Origin: Octopus bimaculoides
Taxonomy: Eukaryota
Direction: 5' to 3'
Assembly: GCF_001194135.2 (NCBI RefSeq)
Contig: NC_068981.1
Coordinates: 54,198,102-54,231,139, forward strand
Length of the DNA stretch: 33,038 nt
Shown here: piece by piece, positions 23,511 to 33,038 of the stretch
Layout of the letters: each line of letters opens with the position of its first letter
How positions within the stretch are numbered: the stretch's first letter is position 1
Notes under the pieces: model-generated
What the model was told of the DNA's origin: nothing
What the model saw: the letters and a program-made list of their open reading frames with translations, nothing else
Database searches by the model: none
Translations under genes and position numbers: made by a program

Positions 23511-23666
23511 GTCGTGGCTGTGTGGTAAAACGTTTGCTTCCCAACCAGATGGCTTAGGGATTAATTCCACTGCATGGAATATTGGGCAGGTATCTGTCTT
23601 CTGATATAGCCATAGTTTGATCAAAGCTTTGTAAGGGGACTTCGAAGATGGATGCTGAAAGAAGCC
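23511..23666 (+). mobile_element. tRNA-derived CORE-like SINE, family A
   Basis: GTCGTGGCTGTGTGGTAAAACGTTTGCTTCCCAACC...TTGGGCAGGTATCTGTCTTCTGATATAGCC...GCTGAAAGAAGCC. Confidence 0.8.
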
Positions 23667-24138
23667 TTAGTGGTTAGGGTGTTGCACTTACGATCGCTAG
23701 ATCATGGGATCGATTCCTGGACCGGGCACCAAGTTGTGTTCTTGACTAAAACACTTTATATCATGCTGCTCTGCGATCTTTTCGACATCTGATGTGTAGC
23801 ACCTGCATAACACGTGCATTTGATCACTATAAACAAATCATTTGTGCAAGTCTTTCAGCAACAACTGAACACTTATACGTCGTCTTTGACGGAAGATTCC
23901 ATCAGTGTGTGTGTGTTACTATCTCAATTGTTTACAGTTGTAAGCGAGTATCACCGTCATGCAAGCGTTGTCCTTCGTTTTCAGTTTTCCGAGACATATC
24001 TGATCTCGAGGAAATATCTCTTTACATAAAAGCAGGCGCGGGTTAGCGACAAAGAAAACCACTCGTCTGTAGAAAATCTGCCGCAACAAATTCTGTCCGC
24101 CCCATGCGAGCATGAAAGAGTAGATGTTAAGACGATAA
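23667..24138 (+). mobile_element. Long tRNA-derived SINE (family D) with LINE-like 3' tail
   Basis: Head TTAGTGGTTAGGGTG...GGGATCGATTCCTGG (box A/B-like); tail GTTAGCGACAAAGAAAACCACTCGTCTGTAGAAAATCTGCC...CCCATGCGAGCATGAAAGAGTAGATGTTAAGACGAT resembles a recalled octopus RTE-type tail. Confidence 0.65.
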
Positions 24139-24160
24139 TATATATATATATATATATATA

Positions 24161-24249
24161 NNNNNNNNNNNNNNNNNNNNNNNNNNNNNNNNNNNNNNNN
24201 NNNNNNNNNNNNNNNNNNNNNNNNNNNNNNNNNNNNNNNNNNNNNNNNN
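24161..24249. other. Assembly gap (89 N)
   Basis: Run of N flanked by (TA)n. Confidence 1.
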
Positions 24250-24254
24250 TATAT

Positions 24255-24526
24255 ATTGTCGTAGTATTATCGCCAAGCAGTGTTTAGGCATAAGCAAAGT
24301 TTTGGTTAAAATATATTCGTGACATATTTCAACTGCTAAAAGGCAAATTCACAGCAGCTAGTGCGGAGAAAAATTCTCTCTTATAGTAAAAAAAAGGTGT
24401 AAAAACACCATACCTGTCCAGTGTCGCCCCCTGTCAGGATTCCAATACATCGATATTTAAACATATTTTGACGAACCTAAACTTTGCTAATGCCTAAACA
24501 TTGCTTGGCGCTAATATTATGGTAAT
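24255..24526. mobile_element. Decayed MITE (~270 bp, long TIRs, probably Tc1/mariner-pogo type)
   Basis: ATTATCGCCAAGCAGTGTTTAGGCATAAGCAAAGTTTTGGTT (from 24266) vs reverse complement of 24474-24515: 38/42 identical, extending loosely outward and inward. Confidence 0.7.
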
Positions 24527-25119
24527 TTCCACGACCTCAGTGGTTGACTAGCGCAAATCAGTCAATGTTGTTGACTGTATTTTAGTTAAAGCTATAGCTT
24601 TAATAAGGACTATCCACAGTTGCCTCTCTTAAATATATCGCATTGATAACGGCTAAAGAACTGGAAACATATAATAATAAAGGTTACAATTTGTATCCTT
24701 TCTTAATTTTAAAAAATAAAATAAGAATGTGAAAATCTACAAACCGTTCTGTGGACCATTTAATCCAATCATTCTTTCCAATCCTGCAAATCACTGGCAT
24801 TCTCTCTCCGCTTACTTTCTCTCTGTAGACATATAGCGTCCTACAAATGATCAAGCTGGATAACAACCGAGTCAGTCTCACAGGTCAAAGAAATCTTACA
24901 AATATCACGGGCGCTGCCTCTGACTAGCTCATTTAAAATCCAAGGATGCGAAAATATTTTCCTAATCACATTTTCGGAAATACTATAGCTGTTCAGTGTA
25001 CACATAAAATATAGATCGTCTGCGCACGCGAGGGCATGCGTGGGTGCGAAGCATGGGCTGAGAGAGAAAATCGTAGAGAAATAATGAGACATTTCCCTTC
25101 TGCATACAAATGTGTAAAA

Positions 25120-25147
25120 CTACCTACCTACCAACCTACCTACCTAC

Positions 25148-25197
<50 letters not shown>
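25120..25197. repeat. (CTAC)n-(CTAT)n tetranucleotide microsatellite
   Basis: Direct reading. Confidence 0.9.
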
Positions 25198-25392
25198 GAT
25201 ATGTATATATATACATACATATGTGTGTATGTGTATGCATTTGACTGTATACATGTGTGAGCATTTTGCGTATGCGCGTTTTCACGTACATAGACACACA
25301 TATATACATATATTCACACACACACACACACACACACGTAATACGCGCACACACATGCGCGCGCGCGTATATATATATATATATATATATAT

Positions 25393-25889
25393 NNNNNNNN
25401 NNNNNNNNNNNNNNNNNNNNNNNNNNNNNNNNNNNNNNNNNNNNNNNNNNNNNNNNNNNNNNNNNNNNNNNNNNNNNNNNNNNNNNNNNNNNNNNNNNNN
25501 NNNNNNNNNNNNNNNNNNNNNNNNNNNNNNNNNNNNNNNNNNNNNNNNNNNNNNNNNNNNNNNNNNNNNNNNNNNNNNNNNNNNNNNNNNNNNNNNNNNN
25601 NNNNNNNNNNNNNNNNNNNNNNNNNNNNNNNNNNNNNNNNNNNNNNNNNNNNNNNNNNNNNNNNNNNNNNNNNNNNNNNNNNNNNNNNNNNNNNNNNNNN
25701 NNNNNNNNNNNNNNNNNNNNNNNNNNNNNNNNNNNNNNNNNNNNNNNNNNNNNNNNNNNNNNNNNNNNNNNNNNNNNNNNNNNNNNNNNNNNNNNNNNNN
25801 NNNNNNNNNNNNNNNNNNNNNNNNNNNNNNNNNNNNNNNNNNNNNNNNNNNNNNNNNNNNNNNNNNNNNNNNNNNNNNNNNNNNNNNNN
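25393..25889. other. Assembly gap (497 N) flanked by (TA)n
   Basis: Run of N; the ORFs at 25184-26015 are artefacts. Confidence 1.
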
Positions 25890-25927
<38 letters not shown>

Positions 25928-26329
25928 CATCTAGATTTGAGCTTTCTGAAAACTGACTAAAAATCGCATTTAGAGGTTTGTGCGGTGTTCTTAAACAGTA
26001 AGAGCTGGCTAGCATTTAAGGTATTAATTCTCATAAAATGTTGTAAGATTTATAGATTTATAGATTTTCAAATTATCTCCCTTCTTCTTTGAGCATTGCT
26101 AACAATTTCTGATAAGTTTATTTTCTTTCTCTTAGAGATACAATTCAGTAAATTAAATTCGTCATTCAGTACACCACAGCTTCACTTATTTAAATTCATA
26201 CCATTGGCTCACCTTGGTCTTTTCTCTTAGCTCATTTCATTATTTTTTTTCTATTTGTATATGTGGATATACCTGCAATCATACTAACACATGCTCCCCT
26301 ATATAGTTTTATGTAATATCTGCGCTCAA

Positions 26330-26432
26330 GTTACACACACACACACACACACACATATAAATAAACATACATAGATACATACATCTATATGTATATGTGT
26401 GTGTGTGTGTGTGTGTATTGAAAGATAGATAG

Positions 26433-26476
<44 letters not shown>

Positions 26477-26512
26477 TATATATATACATACACATATATA
26501 TGTATGTATGTA
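26330..26512. repeat. Compound (CA)n/(TG)n/(TA)n microsatellite cluster
   Basis: Direct reading. Confidence 0.85.
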
Positions 26513-26918
26513 TTAGTCCAAGTAATTTACTATAACACAACTAGAACGCTGGGGACATAGATATTCGACATACTATAATTTATTGGAACAAACCATTTTG
26601 CTGTCGATAATGAAAATAAGACGAACTCAATTTCTTGCTGCCAGCCTGAAACAAATTGATTGTTAATGAGGTCCTCGATGGTAAGGCTTCGCTATTCAAT
26701 TAGATATCTCATGCACACTGTACAGGATTGGCAGGCCATCATCTCCATTACAAAATATTATCAGAAAGACCACCCTCCGAGCGGTTTTCTGCTAGCCCCT
26801 TGATAATATTTTCACATTTGATTCCCAGTTCTAATAATTTTTATATTTAACGTCTAATTATTTCTTTGTATAATAGTGCTCACATGCTTAGTAAATATTG
26901 CTTTCATTAATTATTTTA

Positions 26919-26976
26919 CTGTTCACTGACAAAACTTCGTACTGCATCACTTTTGTGAAGTTTTGTCAGCGAACAG
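26919..26976. repeat. 58-nt hairpin (21-bp stem, 2 mismatches, 16-nt loop)
   Basis: CTGTTCACTGACAAAACTTCG / TGAAGTTTTGTCAGCGAACAG. Confidence 0.8.
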
Positions 26977-27167
26977 GTCCCGGTTTCAAAGCGACGAAAA
27001 TATTTTGACAGAAATGAAATTTAAATGTTGAAGTGAAACTAATGGATTTTGTGTGTTTTTGAATGGCTTACATCTTCCACGCTGCAATTGTTGTTGATTT
27101 AAAAAAAGAGTTATGTAAATGATAATTCATTTTAATAGCATACTTTTCGGTTAGAAAATGTATTTTT

Positions 27168-27198
<31 letters not shown>

Positions 27199-27888
27199 CG
27201 GCTTCGCTTGATTGAGGTGGGGGTAAAAATTTAGATTACAATTTATTTTGTTGTTTTTGTTCCACAAGTGGACCACGCGTGTGTTATTTCGGGATCTTCA
27301 TTCCATAAAATGTATTCAATGGGAGAAAAATATTGAATATATATATATGTATATATATATATATTCGAATACACACACAAATACGCGCGCGCGTGTGCAC
27401 TTGTTGCCTCACCGGTTATCTTACCACTGGGACATTGAGTAAGTCCTTTATAGCCTGAAAAGCCTTCTCTAACCACGTTGAAATGTTTCCCCTCCAATCT
27501 CTTTCACCGTCAGTTCTTCAAGATTAAACTTTGTTTTATCACAAACGATAGCATTGCTCAATGAATTTCTTTGTTGTCTGTTTGCAAGTCTACCACCTGC
27601 AATGATAATACCTTCCATTTGATTTACTTATTTAATACCAGGATAACTCAGTTGCGTAACACAGTCTGATAGCTTGTTGCATTGAATATTTAGCATCGTC
27701 GTACAATCAAGGCAGTTTATTCTGACTGGCTGGAATTGCACCTGTAAGATATGTACGATTTGGACAAATTGCAAATAGCACCATTATTGCCAATTAGCGC
27801 AATCAAACCGGTGTAAAACCAGGAGAGACTCTGTGAATGTGTGTGTGTATACACATACACATTAATTTTTTTTAACAAGTATTGTATC

Positions 27889-27935
27889 GACAATGACGCC
27901 GAAGTTTCGGTTGGCTAAACCATCATCGGATAGTC
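27889..27935 (-). ncRNA. Type I hammerhead-ribozyme-like motif (minus strand, U4->C variant)
   Basis: Minus strand GACTAT-CCGATGA-T-GGTT-TAGCC-AACC-GAAAC-TTCGGC-GTC-ATTGTC; helix I 5/6 pairs, perfect 4-bp stem II, GUC site. Confidence 0.6.
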
Positions 27936-27975
27936 TGATGATGACTTAGCAGGCCGAAACTTTGAAGTCACTGTC
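27929..27975 (+). ncRNA. Type I hammerhead-ribozyme-like motif (plus strand)
   Basis: Helix I GATAGT/ACTGTC (6 bp, one G-U); core CTGATGA (27935-27941); extra U, then stem II GACTT/AGGCC with one A-C mismatch; GAAAC (27956-27960); ACT-TTGA-AGT helix III; GUC site (27967-27969). Confidence 0.7.
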
Positions 27976-28090
27976 AATATTATTCGTGTTATAATAATTT
28001 GTACTCTACAAAAGTATTGAATAATCCTTCAGTTTAATGTAAAACTTGCATTTATTGTAACTCGATATAAAAAAAAACCTTAATATATAT

Positions 28091-28292
28091 AAAACTTTAG
28101 GCACAAGGAAAGATATTTCAATGGGAGGGGAAATCGATTGTACCGACCACAGTGGTATTCTATTTATTGATCCTGAAAGAATGATAGGCAAAGTCAGCCT
28201 CGGCAGAATTTGAACGCAGAGAGTAAAGAGGGGAACAAATGTTGCTAAATATTTTGTCGGACGCGTTAAAGATTCTGCCAGTGCACCGCTTA
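28091..28292 (-). mobile_element. tRNA-derived SINE, family B (decayed)
   Basis: GGGGAAATCGATTG...TTTATTGATCCTGAAAGAATGATAGGCAAAGTCAGCCTCGGCAGAATTTGAAC...GATTCTGCCAGTGCACCGCTTA. Confidence 0.8.
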
Positions 28293-28689
28293 TGGTATGT
28301 GTGTGTGTATGTGTGTGTATATATATATCCACATACACGCGCACGCGCACAAAGACACACACACACGTACACACGTACACACACAAGAGGTTAAGAACAT
28401 ACATTCAGTAGTGGAGCGACTGCGGTACTGAATGTAGATATAAATATATGTTATTATTATAATTAATTATTAAAGAGTAATCAGCTTGATCAGCTAATGG
28501 TTCACCATTATAAAGGATGTCTAGTTTGTGACTCAAAAATTTAAGTTGTTCTCTCTATATTGTTGTATTACAACAACTGGCTTCTTTTACTTTGAGCATT
28601 TTATATTTTGCAGCTACAGTCTGGGCGTGTGATGGATAATGACTCACCTATGCAGCGTGCTTTGATCAAAATGTAATATATGTAATAGT

Positions 28690-29068
28690 TCCAATTTCGA
28701 AGGGGAAGCCTCTGCGAGTAGTTTTAGATGCTTTAAGTAGCAGTCAAATATCTTTCAAATCATATCCTGTTACTTTATATAATAAATTAAAAACAAAAAC
28801 AAAAACAAGATGCTTACGGCTGGAATGTCTTTTGCCATAAGTCTGCTCCATCGGGGCTGACATGGGACTAAATAGCATCTCTACTAACAAGAAATGCCAG
28901 CAAAATCTTCCTCAAATCCCATCTTACCGTCTTATATAAGGACAGTACACATTAGAAAAGTAATCTGTGATATCCCTGAAATAGACCAGGTCGGCATAGT
29001 TGGAATGTCGTTGATTAAAGGTCTGCTCGGTTAGGGTTGACACCATCTCCACCACCAACAGCAACAAC
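28690..29068 (+). mobile_element. Two tandem decayed copies of the AAC-tailed repeat (family C)
   Basis: GGCTGGAATGTCTTTTGCCATAAGTCTGCTCCATCGGGGCTGAC (28819-28862) recurs as AGTTGGAATGTCGTTGATTAAAGGTCTGCTCGGTTAGGGTTGAC (28999-29042), ending in a CAACAGCAACAAC tail. Confidence 0.55.
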
Positions 29069-31130
29069 TTCCTGAAACGTTTCGATTCCTCTCTTCATTT
29101 CATGCGATGTTACAACAGTTACAACTATCAAAACACCTTGTTTAAAAAAAAATTGTATTGGCTTTTCGAAACCGCATTTTCTATACCCATGACAGTCGTA
29201 AATAATAGCATGTAATGTATAAGGTTAAATAACCTTTAGATAAAGAAAAAAAGGAACGAAGAACACTTGCCGAACCCGAACTCGTATCGGCTGTACCCGT
29301 GACAAACATACTTACCACAACATTAAAGCAAACTGCGACCTCTTTTCCCCTTGATTAAAAGCTTTGCTCTTACAAGCGAGAAAGTAAGTCGATTTACATT
29401 GTGAAAATGCCGACGCTTCGAAAAGATGTGAAATAAGTCATTAGGAGGATGAATCTTCAAGTGGATACACTAATAAATAATAGCATGTAATATATTGGTG
29501 GAAAAAGGTTGAAGTCAATTTGTTTTTTATCTAAGGATTTTTATTTACTCAATTATTCATAGTTGTATCCACTCCAAGGCTCGCCGCTCTTACAATGATT
29601 TATTAAACAAGCGACTGTTCTGACCTCTTACCACACTTTGTCTTCAACGAATCCTTGGTGAATGACCTTTCTACTACATACAGATAAACATGTTCATGCA
29701 TACACACAAAGTCCGATATATTTTCTACTCTAACTCCTTAGCTGATTTTATAAAATTGAACTTTGACTTTTTTTAAACTAAATTTCGTTAATGCAGTGTC
29801 CAAAATACAATTAGAATACTGTCGCTATAATGGTTATTGCTTTATTGCGCCTGTTCACATCCTAGTATTGCAAAGCCATCTGTCATCTGAAACTATATTT
29901 ACGATAAAAAGTTTGCATTTTAGTTTATCTGTTTCTGATGAAATCCCACGGTTATTTGGCAATTGCGTTTTTACCACGGTCTTTACTTGTTTGAGATTGT
30001 ATTTGCCAGCGAGTGTGAGAATTTTATATCGGCTACCACAAAACACCACTAAAATCTTGTAACGATTTAATTGTGAATAATGCTAACTCTACAAACTATC
30101 TCCCTCCCTCTCTCTTTCTACCTCCTTCCTCCCTTCTTTCTCTCTCTCTCCCTCTCTCTAACGTTCCATCTCTATATTCCTTGTTTAAATCTCTCTCATT
30201 ATGTATCATGAAGTAAAGCTGCAAACCACTTTTAAAATAATCTTATTTTCACAAATACATTAATAAGAGTCTGATAATTATGCTTGCTATAATACGTAAT
30301 AACTGAACTGCATAAAAGAGAAACAACTGCCAAAATGTGGTGGACACAACTTACAGAAAACTTTGGTAAAACGTTATTCATGATGATGTGTCTATCAACA
30401 GCATTAATAAATAGCAATGGATAATGCAAGAAATAATAGCATTAAATACATTAAATATTTTAATGAAAAATAATGCGTGTTGCTTTCATCTGTCTGTCAC
30501 AAAAGTTTCATGCAATCAAAATAATCATAACCGACTGCGAAATTAAATTACGAACAATAGTTTGTTTTCAATTTAATATAACTGAATTAAGTGTTTTACA
30601 ATTTTCATAATTGGACAATAATGATATTTTGTGAAGGTCCACGACATCAACAACATAGTACTTGCTTTTACCTTAGATTTTGCTTTGTTTCATATTCTAT
30701 ATATTCTTTACTTTATATTCTTTTGAAAAGTGCCACCTAGTCAAAACGGTAATGCAGTTTTAATCTCAGCTAAAGACGTTTTACTAGCTTTCATTTATGA
30801 TTTCATTTAAGCCACTAATATCCTTCATAAAACTTACCTTTAACTGATATATTGGAATGATGAGACATTCTTTAAAAGCATTGTTTCTTAGTTCTTTCAG
30901 TTTTACTTATTCAGCAGATTTCATCATTTAATTCACACTAATCCTCCATCGAAATCTTTCCTCTCGTTTAATAACCTATCACTTTATGAAACTGGAAATA
31001 TCTACTGCTTTATGCATGACATTCTAGAAGATTAGTTACAACCTCATCGTGTTTAAGATCGACAGCTTACTCATTCGGTTATTTGTAACATCAAAAGTCC
31101 TACAGTACGATACTACGTTTTAATGTTTAC

Positions 31131-31350
31131 AGCGGCGAGCTGGCAGAATCGTTAGTATGCCGGTGCCGGACAAAATGCTTAGCGGCATTTCGTCCGTCTT
31201 TACGTTCTGAGTTCAAATTCCGTCAAGGTTGACTTTACCTTTCAACCTTTTGTGGTCGATAAAATAAGTACCAGTTGAACACTAGGGTTGATGTAGTCGA
31301 CTTATTCCTTCCCCGGAATTACTGGCCTTGTGCCAACATTTGAAACCAAT
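31131..31350 (+). mobile_element. tRNA-derived SINE, family B, near full length
   Basis: AGCGGCGAGCTGGCAGAATCGTTAG...GAGTTCAAATTCC...GGTCGATAAAATAAGTACCAGTTGAACACTAGGGTTGATGTAGTCGAC...GGCCTTGTGCCAACATTTGAAACCAAT. Confidence 0.9.
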
Positions 31351-31356
31351 ATTTAC

Positions 31357-31530
31357 AGCAGCGAGCTGGCAGAATCATTAGCATACCGGACTAAATGCTT
31401 AGTGGCACTTCGTCCGCCTTTACGCTCTGACTTCAAATTCTGCCGAAGTCGACTTTGCCTTTCATCCTTTCTGGGCCGATAAAATAAGTACCGAAATTGC
31501 TGGCTTTGGGTCAAAATTTGAAATCAATAT
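31357..31530 (+). mobile_element. tRNA-derived SINE, family B, tandem second copy with internal deletion
   Basis: Same head and tail as 31131-31350 but lacks the CAGTTGAACACTAGGG...CCCC segment. Confidence 0.88.
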
Positions 31531-31844
31531 CTAAAGTCCCAGTCATGACGTTAACAACATTGTTAATTATTCCAAGTATGATTCAGTAAGTAACAATTTT
31601 GTACTTGTCATTATAATATAATCTTCTGTATTCCTCGCTAATCCCCGCCCCCGCTCCCACACAAGCACTAGATGTATTGTAAATAACTTTAAAATCAATG
31701 TTTAAATCAGGAAAATTTCCACTGGTTTTTCTGTATATAAAAGAAATTGGCATTGCTATCATGCTTCTACCAAATCTGTATGCATTAAAATAGTTTCTCA
31801 TTGTAAATGAATTTTACATGCTAACATATATACATACATGTGTT

Positions 31845-31852
<8 letters not shown>

Positions 31853-31914
<62 letters not shown>
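31853..31914. repeat. (TA)n microsatellite
   Basis: Direct reading. Confidence 0.95.
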
Positions 31915-31916
<2 letters not shown>

Positions 31917-32042
31917 CGTGGTACTCCGTCGGTTACGACGACGAGGGTTCCAGTTGATCCGGTCAACGGAACAGCCTGCTCGTGAAATTAACGTGCAAGT
32001 GGTTGAGCACTCCACAGACACGTGTACCCTTAACGTAGTTCT
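31917..32042 (+). mobile_element. Truncated fragment of a common octopus interspersed repeat (SINE body)
   Basis: GTACTCCGTCGGTTACGACGACGAGGG...GCTCGTGAAATTAACGTGCAAGTGGTTGAGCACTCCACAGACACGTGTACCCTTAACGTAGTTCT; recognised from recall only. Confidence 0.55.
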
Positions 32043-32199
32043 ATCTCCCCCTCTCATTCTTCCTTCTACTGTTCTTCGCCTCTCCCCATCACTACTGTCT
32101 CTCTCTCTCTCTCTATCTCTCGTTACTCACTTATTTTCTACTTCCTCCCCTTTTTCTCCCTCTACCACTCTTTCTCTCTACCCCTCGCTGGTCACATGT

Positions 32200-32830
32200 G
32201 TCCAGCTACTAATTCTTTTCATTCTTGGCCTCGCCAAGCACACACGAACATTCTTCTTCGTCCCGTTTCCTTCCAGTTCGTGCTTCACAGCGTTCAGTAT
32301 ACACATACTTTTTCACGTCTGGCCGTATAGCCTTTTTTGTTTGTTTATTTCACTGTTTCGCTTTCCTGTCTTGTTTTCCGTCCGCCACTATCCTCCATGG
32401 AACAAATTTAATTTGTGTCCGTGGGAAGAGCCATTTTAACGATGCATCTTGCCCTAACTCTTCAAAACGCCAGTGTTATAACGGTGGCAGCTGATGCAGT
32501 AAATGTTGTCTATGTGGCCTGTGTGTTTTTTGTACCTTGTTTATCATTTTGTCCACATTTTTTTGCAACGTCATGTACCCAGATATGCATCTATATGTAC
32601 TTGTAGAAGAAGGTATGTACATATATGTACATATATATGCATATACTCATATATTATTTATATGTATATATATGTACTGTTGTGTCTGGGGAGAGTCATT
32701 TATAATTTAACACACTCACCGATAAAATTTCCACTTATTCCTTATTTTTATTTTCCTAAAATTTTCGTTGCGTCTTGCAACCTTTTCAATAGTCTTGAAT
32801 CTGTCCATTATTTACACTGCATTCCTTTTT
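32200..32830 (-). mobile_element. Penelope-like element terminal region (inferred) with hammerhead-like motif and splice-donor-like site
   Basis: Part is duplicated at 12161-12335; minus strand carries CTA-TTGAAAA-G-GTTGC-AAGAC-GCAAC-GAAAATTT-TAG (32756-32792) followed ~39 nt later by G|GTGAGT (32719). Confidence 0.45.
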
Positions 32831-32834
32831 GTTT

Positions 32835-33038
32835 GTTTGTGCGCATGTGTGTGGGTCAGTGTGTGTGTGTATGTGTGTGCCTATGCATGTATGTATGTAT
32901 GTATGTATGCATGCATGTGTGTGTATGTATATATGTGTATGTATGCATGCGAACTCACATAAAGAATCTTGCAAACCAAATCCTAAAACGAAATATATAT
33001 ATGTATATGTATATATATGTATATGAATATACAGTATA
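32835..33038. repeat. (TG)n/(TATG)n/(TA)n low-complexity cluster
   Basis: Direct reading. Confidence 0.85.

Noticed and set aside
24829-24927. Possible terminal coding exon after TTTCTCTCTGTAG (TYSVLQMIKLDNNRVSLTGQRNLTNITGAASD*)
   Set aside because: Good acceptor but only 32 codons, no recognisable homology and no upstream exon identified; RNA-seq would be needed.
26630-26760. Micro-exon (CCAG|...ATG|GTAAG) or enhancer-like cluster (ATTGATTGTTAATGA)
   Set aside because: All three frames of the candidate exon contain stops; short AT-rich motifs are expected by chance without conservation data.
29071-29104. Another minus-strand hammerhead-like string (ATGAAGA-GAGGAATC-GAAACGT-TTCAGG)
   Set aside because: Position 3 breaks the 3-8 pair, stem II has only 2 bp and the cleavage nucleotide appears missing; at best a dead remnant.
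1-33038. CRISPR arrays, intact tRNA or rRNA genes, prokaryotic operons
   Set aside because: No regularly spaced repeats with unique spacers; tRNA-like boxes all belong to SINE heads; the 5S match is only a half; the sequence is eukaryotic repeat-rich DNA.

Overview
AT-rich, microsatellite-dense animal (eukaryotic) genomic DNA with four N-gaps. The SINE families and composition look like Octopus (inference from recalled repeat families, not a database hit). I can support no host protein-coding exon: the ORF track is explained by microsatellites, gaps and transposon debris. The window holds tRNA-derived SINEs, two decayed mariner transposase elements, MITEs, very decayed LINE relics and a 5S rRNA 5'-half fragment. 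Two things stand out. (1) Two ~99% identical, oppositely oriented copies (2324-2878, 16292-16864) of a non-autonomous DNA transposon with 37-39 bp GG-terminal TIRs and 8-bp TSDs, a second 72-bp internal inverted repeat, and a central outward-facing telomeric palindrome (TAACCC)n-TA-(GGGTTA)n whose arm lengths differ between copies. (2) Several hammerhead-ribozyme-like motifs of probable Penelope-like origin, including an 87-bp cassette (27889-27975) with one hammerhead fold on each strand, sharing a central helix-I strand and showing compensatory base changes, and a candidate U3-A8 core variant (32756-32792). Boundaries of decayed repeats are approximate.
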